Assembly (NCBI GenBank): GCA_004431415.1
Contig: QPMI01000017.1
Coordinates: 558,001 to 622,000 of the forward strand
DNA: 64,000 nt
Reading direction: 5' to 3'
Source of the DNA: Cyanophora paradoxa CCMP329
Taxonomy: Eukaryota > Plantae > Glaucophyta
The first letter of the stretch is position 1. Every line of letters starts with the position of its first letter. The translations under genes were made by a program, and so were the position numbers. This document shows positions 23,670 through 35,557 of this stretch, piece by piece. The notes below the pieces were generated by a model. The model did no database searches. It was not told the origin of the DNA and worked only from the letters and a program-made list of their open reading frames with translations.

Positions 23670-26277
23670 CTCAGCGGCTCCACCCGCGCGCCTGCGGCGG
23701 AGCGTGAGTGAGCAAGTGCACCAGCTGCACTAGGGTCTGGCTGGCTTGGGCAGCCGCCAGAAAAGCCCTGCTCGTAACCGCGATCCGATTTTTCGCGGAG
23801 CCTGGGCCTCCCCTGCGAGAGCCCCATGTGTCGCTGTAATAAGCGGCCCATATACCTGCCTCTGAGCAGGGTGTATATTTGTACATTTGTACATAATTTC
23901 AGACGTCGGGGACGACGTCTTCCGAGAGGAGGAGTGAGCACGGGCATGCTGCACGAGCAGTGCAAGCGCTGCCGCTCGCCCTCCCGCCCCGAGGCTTGCT
24001 TGAATCTGTGGCCGCTGGCCAAGATCGAATAGCACTCGCGAAAGAAGAGCCCCAATCGCGTGCTTTCGAGCACCCTGAGCGGCCACGGGTGCCCCTCTTT
24101 CCGAGAGGAGGAGTACCTCTTTCGCCGAAGCCTGTGAAGAGGCGCCACGGCCGGTGCCGCAATTGCGAGCCCTCCTGCTTCCCTCAATTTAGATCCGTGG
24201 CCGGTGGCCGAGATCTGATCTCAAACCCCAAGCGGGTACCAGTCTTTCCGAGAGGAGGAGTCCCTCCGAGACTCTCTCGTCGAAAGCCTGCGATTTCGCG
24301 CGGCGCACTGCAGTTGCTGAGTGCGGCCATGGGCCTTGCGAAATCCAGAAATTAAAAGTGGCCTCAGGCCTTGCGGTCAGAGCTTCAAAGGCTTGAGCCT
24401 GATCATGAGCCGAGCCGCCAAGCTGCAGCTGCAGCTGGCCCTCGCGGGAGGCTTTGAGCTCGAACCCCCACACTTGAGCGAGCAAGCGGCCTTGCTGCCG
24501 TTGCGAGATGAGACGTGATCCACGGAGCCTTGAGCTCGGGATGCACCCTCAAGAGAAGCTTGATGCATATATGCCTGAGGCACGATGCCCAGCCGGCGAG
24601 CGCCTGATGGCGTGCCGTGAGCTTGACAGGCGGCCCGTGAGCCCCTGCAAAAAATCGTGAGCCTCCGAGCTCCAATGAAGGGCGAGCTTGAGCACACGGT
24701 GCCCTCGAGAGCTCGACCCTGAGATAAAGTCCCGGCGCGCCCCGAAGCGGCCAGGCAATAGCAGGCTCTGCCATGAGCTTTGCAGTTCTTTGAACTCAAG
24801 TCCTGGTGACGCCCGCCAAGTTGGCGCCCAGGCCGCGCGTGTCTGTTCCGGGATCCGGACTGAACGTTAGCGGGGCGAGGGGCCCAGTGCCCAGCCCAAA
24901 GACCTGGTGAACTGCCCGACGAGTTGGCATCCAGGCGGCACACTCTGGCTGCAGGCCAAGTGGTGCGACGGGCTGCAAGCCCTGCTCACAAGCTAAGAGC
25001 TTTGAGACCCGGCGGCCAGCCTGTTGAGGCGGCGCCAGCAGGACCCCCACGATCGTGAGTCCCGTCTCGCATGTGGCCGGTCCGGCCCCAGGGCGCGGTC
25101 GTGACGGCGGGTGGTCCTGGCCAGGAGCGGCTTGAGAAAGCCGGCTCCAAGCCGCGTCCCGGCCCCACACGAGGGCGAGGACAAGAAGCGGCGATGCCTG
25201 CCTCCGAGCAGAGCGAGCACAAGAGGCCACCCGTGAAGGGTTGGGCTGAGAAGGGCCAAGCGCCCGCGAAATATCGCGAAAGTCCCGAGCAGAAGTGGTG
25301 CGCTGCGGGCGGCCGTTGTCCTTGAGCACAGCTCGGCACGGTGACAGGGCGGAAGACCCTTGCAAAGACCTAGCCAAGCCCTAGGACGCGCCTTGCGTCT
25401 GCAGAAGGGTCGGTGGGCGGCTGTGACGCCGGGTTCTGCCCCGGGTACAGCGACAGGGGATGACAAATTCCCCCTCCGTGTAAGACCTGGTGTGGTACCA
25501 GGGCGCGCCTTGCGCCGGCAGGGGTACACGCAGGCGGTCGTGACGCCGGGTTCCTGCCCCGGGTACGACGACGGGGAAGCAAAAATACCCCCAGCAGGGC
25601 TCCGCACCAGGGACGCTTGGTGGCGGACCGCCTGAGAGGGCCACGTCCCCTTTTAATAGATGTGCACCCGCGGGTCGGGCAGGGTACCTCCCGTCGCGCA
25701 ATGGCGTGGAAGGGCACCTTGTGGGCGGCGTCTAGCCTCGCCCTGGAGATTCTAGCTCCACCGCCGTCGGGGGATTCCCGATCCGACGCCGTGATAATGC
25801 AGTGAAGGCACGGTGTTTGCCTGAGCAGCGGCGCTAGTCGAGCTGCTTAGCCCTAAGTTTTGGGACGGGCATTTCGCTGTGGGCTGCTGAGCGCTGTCGC
25901 GAGCGCTGCGCCCGCGTTGCTGTTGCAGCGTGTGCCTTTGCAGCTAACGTGCTGCACAATCGCGATGAGGGCAGGGCCCCTCGGCTTCCGTCCCTTCCGC
26001 TCGCCTCGTGCGGGTTGCCTGGGCCGCCGGCCGAAGTTGGACCTCGCCCCTGGGCACTACACGCTGGAGTCGTGCCGGCACTTGCCGGGCATCAGTCTTT
26101 TCTATTCCCGGCAGTCGACGCCGGGCATGGACATGTACATAGCCGGACTTGGTGTCTTTTCTATTCCCGGCAGTTGCCGGCCACGGACGGACGTTGAGCC
26201 TTTTTCGATTCCCGGCAGTAGCCGGTTGGTATGTATTTATTTAGACCCGCGCGGACGCGGGATCCGAGAGGAGGAGT

Positions 26278-26558
26278 TGTCGCATCCGACATTATAGCGG
26301 ATGCTCATTTATATGTGAGCCGCTAGGGCTCTAGATCACGTCAGCCTTCGAGCTGCTGGACCGACGGCGCCTAGGCTAGTTAGAGCGCCGCGGTCACTTG
26401 TATTCGTGTCGGGGTACGCCGTATCTGGACGGGTACACCCAGTGAGTTGGATCTTAGCGACGACAGCAGCGACACTCGCCATTCCCCGCCCTGCCGAGCT
26501 TGCACTCCGCACGGGCTTCCCGCGCGCACGATTAGACACACTAATCTCGCACGCGACA
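26278..26558 (+). repeat. 3' LTR
   Basis: Appears identical by eye to 21387-21667; followed by TSD ATGAT. Confidence 0.93.
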
Positions 26559-26954
26559 ATGATACCATACATGATAAAGGAAACCCGGTGACCGTTTCAA
26601 GTTGTTGGCGTTTTCAATTAAATCTGCAGCTGGCAGATTCGAACTCGGGGCTTCTTAGCCCTGCTGTACATGTCTCAGTGTCTTCTTTGTACGCCTATAG
26701 TAGCTCAGCGGCTATAGGCCTTGCAATCTCAGTGTCTCCTCTGTACGCCTAGGTCACGGGTCTTGCAATTGCAATCGCGTCATCTGTTTCAAGTTTAGCA
26801 GCGCTAGCAGCAGTCTTCTTTATAAGTGTGCGATTTCGAAAAAGGAGAAGGTTAATATTGCAAATTGGATCCACGGAGAAAGCAAGGATAACGCCTATAG
26901 CTAGGGGGATTTCAAAGGCCTAGGACAAGTTCAGTTCAATTCAATTCAAGAGGC

Positions 26955-29530
26955 CTATTGCTTGAATTCAATGTCACTTGGCCATGGTTCGCCCCGCTCC
27001 GGCGCCCGCGCCGGCGGTACGCCTCGGGCCCCTCGCCTGCCCTCGCCCTCGCGGGCCCCCGCGCCTCGCGACGGACGGGCGCGCCGCCTCCTTTGCGGGG
27101 ACGACGCCCCCGGACCTCCGGCAGGGCGCCCGCAGCTCGCCCCGCGTGAACACCTGCGCCCCCCCGCCGCCCGCTCTCTCAGGCCGCTCTCGCCTCGAGA
27201 AGGGGCGCCGCGCCGCACCGGCTCGCGCTTCTGCCGGAAGGGGACGAGGTCGCGCCCCGCCGAGTCGACCCAGCCGGCCCCCGCCCTCCGCCTCGCCTCC
27301 CGCGCCGCCTCCCGCGAGGCCCGCCGCGCCCCCTCCAGGTCCACCACCGCGCGCGGGGGGTACGCCCCCGCCCCCGCCGCGTCCGGGGCCTCCCACGGGG
27401 CGAAGAGGAGGGGGGCACCGAGGTGCGCGAGCTCGGGGACCCACTTCCGCACGTACTCGCCCGTCGGATCGATCGCCCTGCGCTCGAATCAGCGGGGGGC
27501 CCGTTCTGGACTGGGAGACGGGCTGGGAGGCGCACGCGGCCGACCGCACGGGGTGCATGTCGAAGCCCCACTGGTCCAGACCGCTCCCCCCCGCGTTCTG
27601 CCACATCATGCTGCGGCCCCGGAGTCAGGGGGTACGAGTCGCAGGGGGGTACAGGGGCACCTGTTGATGGCAAGGTCAGCATCGACGAGGCAGTCGTCGA
27701 ACCAAGCCGCCCCCTCACGCCAGTCTATATTTAGGTACCTGGCGGGGTACAGCATCAACAGGATGGATAAAATAAGGGCGAGGGGGACGGGTACTCGGTC
27801 AGGAAGGCCGCCGCGACCATCCTAACGTTCTGGTGCATCCATCCCTGCGAGGGTACATGGTTGAATAAGGCGGGGGTAGCCGGGGGTACAAGTGCGGAAC
27901 CGTTCGCCAGAGCTCGCGCATGCCGGCATCCACGAGGGGGTACCCCGTCATTCCCTGCAACCCGCGTCGCGGTCGTGAGCCCAATTGCAAACGGAATCCG
28001 ACAAAGCAAGGAACGCAGCGCGACGCACCCGCTGCCAGGCGCGCAGGAGCTCGCGGCCGCCGCCCCAGCGCCGCGCGGCGTAGTGCGGCCTCACGGGCTC
28101 GTCGTGCAGACGGGGGAAGTGGTGCAGCTGCGGGGGTACGGTTTCACACGCGCTGCGCGACGCCTCTCGGTGGCGTGCACGCGCCTGCCAGTACGCCAGG
28201 TCCCGCCAGGCGAGCCGCCGCCGCAGCGCCGCTGGGGAAGTCGATCGGACGAGGAAGGGGCGGGAGGGGGGTACACGGGCGAACGGCTCGAGGAGGCAGC
28301 GACGTGGACCTCGCGGGGGGATACCTGCCCGAATCGCAAGTAGGGGGAGAGCCGGCTCGTCGAAGTCCTGGGGGTACGGTTATTTTGTTGAAGGAGAGGG
28401 GGTACGGACGCACGGGAGGTCGGCGCGGCCGCGGTCGCGGTCGTAGAGGGACAGGGTACGGTTTACCGCGAGACCCTGGCCGGGGGTAAGCAGTTCTTTG
28501 GGGAAAAGGATGGGTACACGGACCTGGAGGGCGCGCTGGGCGCCGGAGGGTCCCATACCCCCCTCCTCGGCGCCCCAGGCCTCCAGCAGGGGCTCCGTCC
28601 ACCCCGCCGCGGCGTCCCGGCTGCGCAGGGCTCGGCGGGGCCCGCAGGGGCGCGTGCGGGTCGGGGGTACACTAATTGCAGGTCGTCGAGGGACGCGGAG
28701 CGGGGCCAGGTCTCAGGGGGTACGAGAGCGTCCGGAGGGGGCAGGGGGTCGCCCGGAGGGGGCAGGGCCTGCGGGAAGCTCGATTCGACTCGTTGCTTTC
28801 TACTCTGAGGGGGTACGCACGTTGCAGGCGTGGAGAAAGGGTCCGAACGAGCCGAAGTGGCCGCGGGAGGCGCGCCTGAGGGCCGCGGCCCGGTCCACGC
28901 TGCGCGGCTCGCAGAGCAGGCGGCCCCCGTGGGCCTTCGCCCTGACGCCCCGCTCCCTGCGGGGAGGGGCTGAGAGGGGGTACGCGCACGAAGCCGGGGG
29001 GGCGGGTACGGCGCGCACGCGAGGGCGCGGAGGAGGCGCGCGTCCGAATCGTCGGCGCGGGGCTCGAAGCGGCGGCAGAAGTGGGCGGTCGCGGCGCCGG
29101 CCTCCGCGGCGACGGCGGCGGCCTCCTCCGCGCACGAGTCGCGATCGGAGGCGACGCGGAGGACGAGGCGGGAGCCGTAGCGGCCCCTCAGCTCCCCGTC
29201 CAGGCCCCGCAGCGCCTCCCTCAGCCAGAGCCGCGCCGCGCCGCCGAGCGCGGGGCCGCCGGGCTCGCAGACGAAGACGGGTACGACGGGGCGGCCCTCG
29301 CCGGCGGCGGCGGCGAGCGCGGGGTGGTCCGAGACGCGCAGGTCGGACTCCCGAAAGAGCACGAGCGCCGCGCCCCTCCGCCGCTCCGGCCGCGGGTCCG
29401 CGCGGCGCGCGGGGCGCCGGCGCCTGTGCGGGTAGCGCTCCCCGGCGCCCTCAGGCTCAGGCTCCACGAGCCGCTGCAGGTACTCGTCCACGTCGACGTC
29501 GGCGTCGGCGGCTGGGCTCGGGCTCCTCTG
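26955..29530 (-). CDS. DNA photolyase / cryptochrome family protein, multi-exon (5' exon not located)
   Basis: LVLFRESDLRVSDHPAL, SRLSPYLRFGQVSPREV, GMTGYPLVDAGMRELW, GWMHQNVRMVAAAFL, IDWREGAAWFDDCLVDADLAIN, MWQNAGGSGLDQW, DPTGEYVRKWVPEL. Confidence 0.92.
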
Positions 29531-30395
29531 GTGCGGCCATGCAGTCAGATCTCGATTGGATTCGATAAACTAGGCGGCGCGCGGGCCCCACATCGCGCAC
29601 TGCGTCGGGCACGTGCACCTGCGTTTCGTGGGCGTGCGACGCGACCACGACAGCTCTCCAGCAGGGCGCTTGCTGCGGGTTTACATAAGTCAGCGGCCGC
29701 CGGGCACGTCGCACTGCCCCCGCGCGCTGCCTCACTTGTACGCGCTGTCCGCGCCTCGACAGCGCAGCCGGCGGCGATCGGCCAGCTGGGCTTGGCGCGA
29801 TCCAGCTCGACCAGTCGAGCGCGCTCCGCGGCGCCGATCCCAGCGCGAAGCCAAAAAGCGCTAGCTGCGAAGGCATGTTGCCGCGCCGACACCGATACCC
29901 CCCGGCAGGTCCCCCGGGACTCCCCCCCCTGACACCTCCGGCCTGGCGGCACGACGGGGTCTGCTGCTAGTATGCAAGGCGCTGCAAAAACGATGGCACT
30001 GCCTCGCGGCTGCCTGGAGCATCTGCAGCGAGCGTCCTCGCCCGGCGACCGGCGCTAAAGCTTCCGCGGCCGCGGCCATCGATGCTCGAGCTCGTGCGGT
30101 GCAGCGGCTGTGGCTCGGCGTTGGATGCATATAGCTGCGCGTGACGCCCGGCGCTGCGCTCGCCTTCGACCGCACCTTGACTGCTTTAAGTCGACTGCTT
30201 GATTGCGGGGCAGCCGATTGTCTCTGTTGAGGAACCTGTCACCGTCGGCTGCATATGGTCCCACTGGCCGGTGCGCCCATCTTCGAATTCTCACCCCTCG
30301 GATCGACGTCGACCGGTACCTAGGCCTCCGATCGCGATATCGATGGACTTGCAGGCTCGCACGACGCGCGGACTGGCGCCCGCGGTTGTACCTGA

Positions 30396-30713
30396 ATGTG
30401 CATCGCGTCGGAGGGTGAATCATTCCTCTCCGACAGGGGCCCCTCCCCGGCCGCCAAGGGATCCCCCTTCGACGCCATCCTGAGCGTTCTCGAGGGGTAC
30501 GCCGTCGACTTCGACAAGATACGGTACCCCCGGCCCGTCCGCTCCTCCCGCATGGGCTTGGCGGGCCCTGACCCGCCCCTCAGCCTGCGGGACGGTGTGG
30601 CCCTCGCCCCCGAAACCATCATCCCCTGGTGCGCCCCCCACGACCCCGTACCCGGCGCCCCCGCAACCCTCTACCCCGGAGGTTCCCGGAGCTGTGCCTC
30701 TCCGCCGACGTAG
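30396..30713 (+). CDS. Possible exon of an unidentified gene
   Basis: Coding-like stretch SPFDAILSVLEGYAVDFDKIRYPRP after a CAG acceptor; no family recognised. Confidence 0.3.
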   Translation: MCIASEGESFLSDRGPSPAAKGSPFDAILSVLEGYAVDFDKIRYPRPVRSSRMGLAGPDPPLSLRDGVALAPETIIPWCAPHDPVPGAPATLYPGGSRSCASPPT

Positions 30714-32230
30714 ACCACACCAACATGTATTCCCTCGCCGCCTACTGAACTGTAACCCCTCCCCCGCCTTCCCGGGGTCCCCCTCATGATCACACCCCAC
30801 CACTGGGCCAGTTCAACAACGTTGACAACAACGCAGGCGCGACTCGGGCGCCTGCGGGGGCCAAGCCTCCTTCTCTGGAGCCGGAGGCAATTCCGGTGGG
30901 CGCGGCGGCCCTACGTTGCCCCTGACGCTGCTGACGCTGCCCCCCGCCCCCCCCCCTCCCCCCCAATCCCCCCCCCCCCCCAACCTCCCTCCCCCTCCCC
31001 TCTGAGAGCCCGCCGCGCTCTGCGCGCGCTCTGCGCGCAGCCTCTGCACTCGCAAGGCGGATCTGAGCGCGCTGGCAGCGGAGCCCGCTCGCTGTCCGGC
31101 GCCCCCTTTGGGCGCCCGATCGCGAGCGCGAGCCTCCTCGAACTCCGCCGGCCCTCCCGCAGCACCCCCGATCCCGCGCCGGCGGCGCCGGAGGGGAGGG
31201 CCTGGAGGCCTAGGGGGCTGCCCGGCCAGCTCCAGCGCTAGCTATAGCCTGCAGCTGCAGTGCACGCACCTGTGCAGTGCACGTCGCTTGTACATGTAGG
31301 CGGATGGGGTAGCCGGCCTGGGAGAGTCGACGTCGGCCGGCCCGGGCCGGGGGACTCCGGGAGTCGGCGGCGGGACGTCGCCTGGCCTCGCGATCGAGCT
31401 CCGAGGCTCGAGCTCGGGAGTCGACGTCCGGACTCCGGGAGTCGCGCGCGCGGACTCGCCGCGGAGTCGGGCCGGGGCGCCGGGACTCGGGATCGGACTC
31501 TGGAGCTCACTGATGAGTCATCAACTGCTGCTGCAGTGTTAACGTTGCAGCCTGCAGCCGCTGAGCGCTACAGCCCGCAGGGCCGCAGCCTACCGGCCCG
31601 GCGGCCGCGCGGTAGCGCTAGCGCTACTCAAGTCGGAGCCTCAAGCTTGTCGGAGTCTCGGAGATGGCTGAGGGGTACGCCACGTTGTCCTATCCGAGTC
31701 ATGAATCGTCATCATCAGACTTTTTTTCGTTTTTTGGTTGACGCTTCCGTCGTCGCACAGCCTGCGCACAGCTGCAGACAGTGCCAGACACACAGGCTGA
31801 CACAGCCTGCCAGCAGCAGCTGCAGGGAGCACTGCAGTCGACGTCTGGTCACGGGCCTCACGGCTCTAGGCTAGATCTGGTGATCAGCGGCGCGCGCGCG
31901 CTCCCGGTCCGATCCGCGGCCGTCGCCAACGTTTTAACATCATGTGCGTGCACGTGCCTGTGCACGCTCGCGGCTGCCGTAGTACGCACACAATGCCCTA
32001 GGCCTAGAAGCTTACCGCGCGGGCCGTGGCGGGCGCGGCGGTCCGTCGACGTACCGCGTCGCGGCTTTGAGCTGCTTGTACATGTTCGGCTCAATTTCTA
32101 GACAAACTTTCTAGTCGAACAAGGCGGCGTGAGTCAAGCCGTACGCGTAGGCTTCTCGCCGCGCTTCTCTACATCGAAACCAGCCCCGCCTGACTGCCTT
32201 GCAATTGCGCAGGCCGGGTGCGACGTTGAT

Positions 32231-35174
32231 CATGATGCTCCAAGCTCGCGCAGCTGCAGGCGTCGCCATGTCGACGTATTATAGATCTAGATCTGCGGCG
32301 ACTCGCGTCCTCGCGGGGCGCGGGCGGCTTCTGACGGCCGCGGGCCCGCGCCGGGTCGCCGGTCGGCGCAGCGAATGTCGCGCTCAGGAAGCCGACTCAA
32401 GCCAGCTCTGTGTATAACAATGGGCATCCGGGGAGCAATTTCTCGCATTCGACAGCAACCGGTGAGCGCCCCGCAACCGCGCAATTGGCGCGGTCGCGGC
32501 GTCGCCTCCCCTGCAGTTTTGGTCTCTGACGCGCGTCGCGACGTAAACGCCGCTCCGGTCTCCGCAGACGGCCATGTTCGGGGAGTGCGCAGGCGCTCCA
32601 GACCCTGAGGCTTAGGCGCGCCCGCTCACTGGGGCCCGCGGCCTCAGATGCACGAAGGTTTCTTCCATTCCGCAGCCGGGGACCACCGGCCGTGGTGCGT
32701 GCGGCCCGCCGCCCCCCGACCCCGGCCCGGCGCGCCGGCCCCCGCCCGCCCGCGGCCGCGGCCGTCAGCCAGAAGAAAGGGCCGTGACCCGTCCCGCCCC
32801 GGCCCGCCCCCGCCCCCGGGCAGGTGGAAGGTGTCGCTGCAGGGCAAGTACGACATCCAATACATGAAGGCGAGGCCCCGCCGGCGCCCTGGAATCTAGA
32901 CCCTATGTCAAGGCCGGCGCCGGCCGCGGACGCCCGGCCAGGCGCGCGGCACCCGAGCTTGATTTCGACTCGAGCGAACCGGGCGCAGATCTACAACCGC
33001 ATCGACTGCTGCCAGGACCGGCTCAGCAACATCACCGTGCAGGTCCTCAAGGATGGTCACGTGGTGCGCGGGCGCGGGCGCGCCCCCCAAACGCGTGTGC
33101 ATGCATATGGACAGCCGGGGGCGCCGGCACGTTTAGGCCCGGCCGCGGGCCAACCAACCGCATCGCAGGTTAGCAGCCACTTCTTCAACGGGAAGATGCC
33201 CACCAACACGGTCGACGGCCAGGTCCTCCCCCCCCCCCCCCCCCCCTCCTCCTCTCCCCCTCCCCACCCTCCCCCCCCCTCTTGCCCGCCCCCTCTCCCC
33301 CTCTCCCCGCTCTCTTAGGCTTGTCCGCATCCTCCCCTCGTAATCCGTACCTCTTACCCCCATCTGTCCCTCCCCTCTTTCCGGATACACAGGAGTACTC
33401 GCAGTACCACGTCGGGGGGGCGGTGGGTGACGAGGTGAAAATATTCAAGAACGGCGACAACCTCCAGCTGGTGCCGCGTACCCTTCCTTCCCCCCCCCCC
33501 CCCCCCCCTCCCCCTCCCCCGCCTCTGGGAGCCCAGGCGCATGCGTGTGCCCCTCGCCGACTTGACTTCGAATCGCTGTCCGCAGGCGGAGGTGGAGGTC
33601 TATGGGAAGCCGTACGAGCCGCCGCCCCCGCCGCCCCCGCCCCCGCCGCCCCCGAAGCCTGTTTCCCGGTGCGTGCCGCCTCTCCGCCGCCGGCGGCCCC
33701 GGGCCCATCGGCACTGCCGCCGATCGCGGGCATCGCGCGCGGCAGCGAGGAGATGTGCCGGGAGGGCGACATCAAGCCCAAGGTAGCGCCGGCCCCCGCG
33801 CCCCCCGCCCCCCGCGATCACGGGCGCTGATCATGACCTGGCCGCGGGCGCGCAGGTGTACGCCATCCGCCTCGTCGGTGCGCTGCGCCCAAGCGCGAGC
33901 GGGCTCGCCCGAGATGCGAGGCCGCCCCTGGTCACGATGGGCGGGCCCGGGGCGTGCAGCCAACCGGAAGATGTGCTGGAAGTGGGCAGACGCCTCCTCC
34001 AAGGTCCAGGTTCGGATCCGAGGCGGCGGGGGGCTCGAGGGGCCGGGGCCACGCAAATGCCCCTTACGCTTAATTATATATAAGCGTCTGCCTTGCCTGC
34101 CCGACGTCGACGAGGCGGGCGGGGGCGCGGGGGCGGCAGGTGACGGACGACTGCAAGGACCTGGACGACCCGCGCACGCACTTCGTCTTCGACACCAGTA
34201 TGCGCATCCACTCCGGCGTGTGCGCTCCGCGCCGGCCGCGGCCACGCTCTCACCATTCCCGCGCCTCGCGCCCTCTCTGATTGGATTTGGCCACAGGAAC
34301 GCGAAAGAGTACGGGTGCGCTCTCAGTTGCGAGGGCCGCAGCTGCGCGGCCCGCGGGGACGGAACAGACCGCTGAAGCGCGCCGGCCCGCGCAGCATGTG
34401 CGTCGACCTCTCGTCCTCCACCTACAAGACCGGCGACATCGCCCGGGGCGGTGCGCGCGCCGCCCGCTCCGCATTTGTAACCATTGAACGCGCGAGCTCG
34501 AGCGATCGCTAGCATGACCCGGTCCCGCGCGCGCGCAGTGCCGTGCGGGGAGCAGCCGACGCAGAAGTTCCTGCCCAACCTCAACGTCTTCCGCAAGACC
34601 TTCGACGGCTGCCGCCAGGGCACGACGAAGCCGTGCGCCCACCGGCCCCGCCCTCGCCCTCGCCCTCGGTCGCGATCGCGATCGCGGGCCGAGCTCGAGC
34701 CTCGGGCGGGGCCGCCGCAGGCTGAAGTACTATCCGTCGGCCTACGGGCGGATCCTGCTGCTGAACAGCCTCGCGAAGTGCCTCGGGGTGGAGGGCAGCT
34801 CAGGTGAGTTCGAGGGGACCCACGACCTCGCCGTCGACGAGTGCTCCCCGGACCTCAAGGACCAGGTCCGCTCCCGTACCCCGCTCCGCTCTCCCCCCCC
34901 CCCCGCAACCTTTCCCCCACCGCGACCTCTCCGACCCCTCCTTCAGGAGTGGGAGCTGGTGCCCGTACCCCCCAAGACGCACGGGTACCGCCACGTGGGC
35001 GGGGCTACTTTGAAAGAAACGGACGCCGGCGTCGAGGGGGCGGAGTGGGTAGAAGGCGCCGAGCTCGAGGGGGCGCCTTTGGAGGGCGGCGCGGGGGGCG
35101 CGGGGGGCCCCCACGCGGCGGCCCCCTTCGCGATCGCCTTCGCCCCCGACGAAGTCTCCTCGAGCCTTCTTTGA
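32231..35174 (+). CDS. F-type (fucose-binding) lectin domain + Pro-rich linker + ricin-B-like lectin repeats, many small exons (start uncertain)
   Basis: Spliced KPTQASSVY, ATDG, FFHSAAGDHRPWWKVSL, IYNRIDCCQDRLSN, LAEVEVYG: the F-type motif H...RxDx4R with CC. Then poly-Pro, and CVDLS, VPCGEQPTQKF, VDECSPDLKDQEWEL (QxW-type). Confidence 0.78.
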
Positions 35175-35557
35175 CAGTCGACGGCGGACGCTTAATTTCT
35201 CCCGTCTTCGACGTTCAATTTCTCCCGTCTTTCCCTCCCAATTCCTCCCCCCGCCCCCGCCCTCCTACCCCCCACCCCCCCCCCCCCCGTGCAACCTTCG
35301 CACTTGTTTAATTATGATTATAAACTTCGAGTTCTCAGATCATTTGAGGGAATTATATAAACTGGGGCACTGGGGCAGCCAGGCGCTGGGCAGCCAGGCG
35401 CGGGGCCGGGCGCCGGGGCCGGGCGTCTGCGGGCGGGGGCGAATCAACCTGGCAGCGGTCCGCTGAATTGAAGCCGTCACAGATGCTGCGTGGGGGGATC
35501 CTGCGGGGGGCGGTCGGGGCCGCGGGGGCGTGCAGCGCGCGCGAGGGGCGCGGGCCC

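Larger units (their letters stand above)
21387..26558 (+). mobile_element. LTR retroelement, apparently non-autonomous (gag only, TR-GAG/LARD-like), recent insertion
   Basis: 281-bp direct repeats 21387-21667 and 26278-26558 with TGTCGC...GCGACA ends; 5-bp TSD ATGAT (21382-21386, 26559-26563); tRNA-like PBS after the 5' LTR; polypurine tract GAGAGGAGGAG before the 3' LTR; no RT or integrase motifs seen. Confidence 0.93.

Noticed and set aside
23900-26230. CRISPR-like array from the spaced short repeats
   Set aside because: Eukaryotic LTR interior, irregular spacing, few repeats, no cas genes.
31510-31560. Hammerhead ribozyme core CTGATGAG
   Set aside because: No stem II followed by GAAA.
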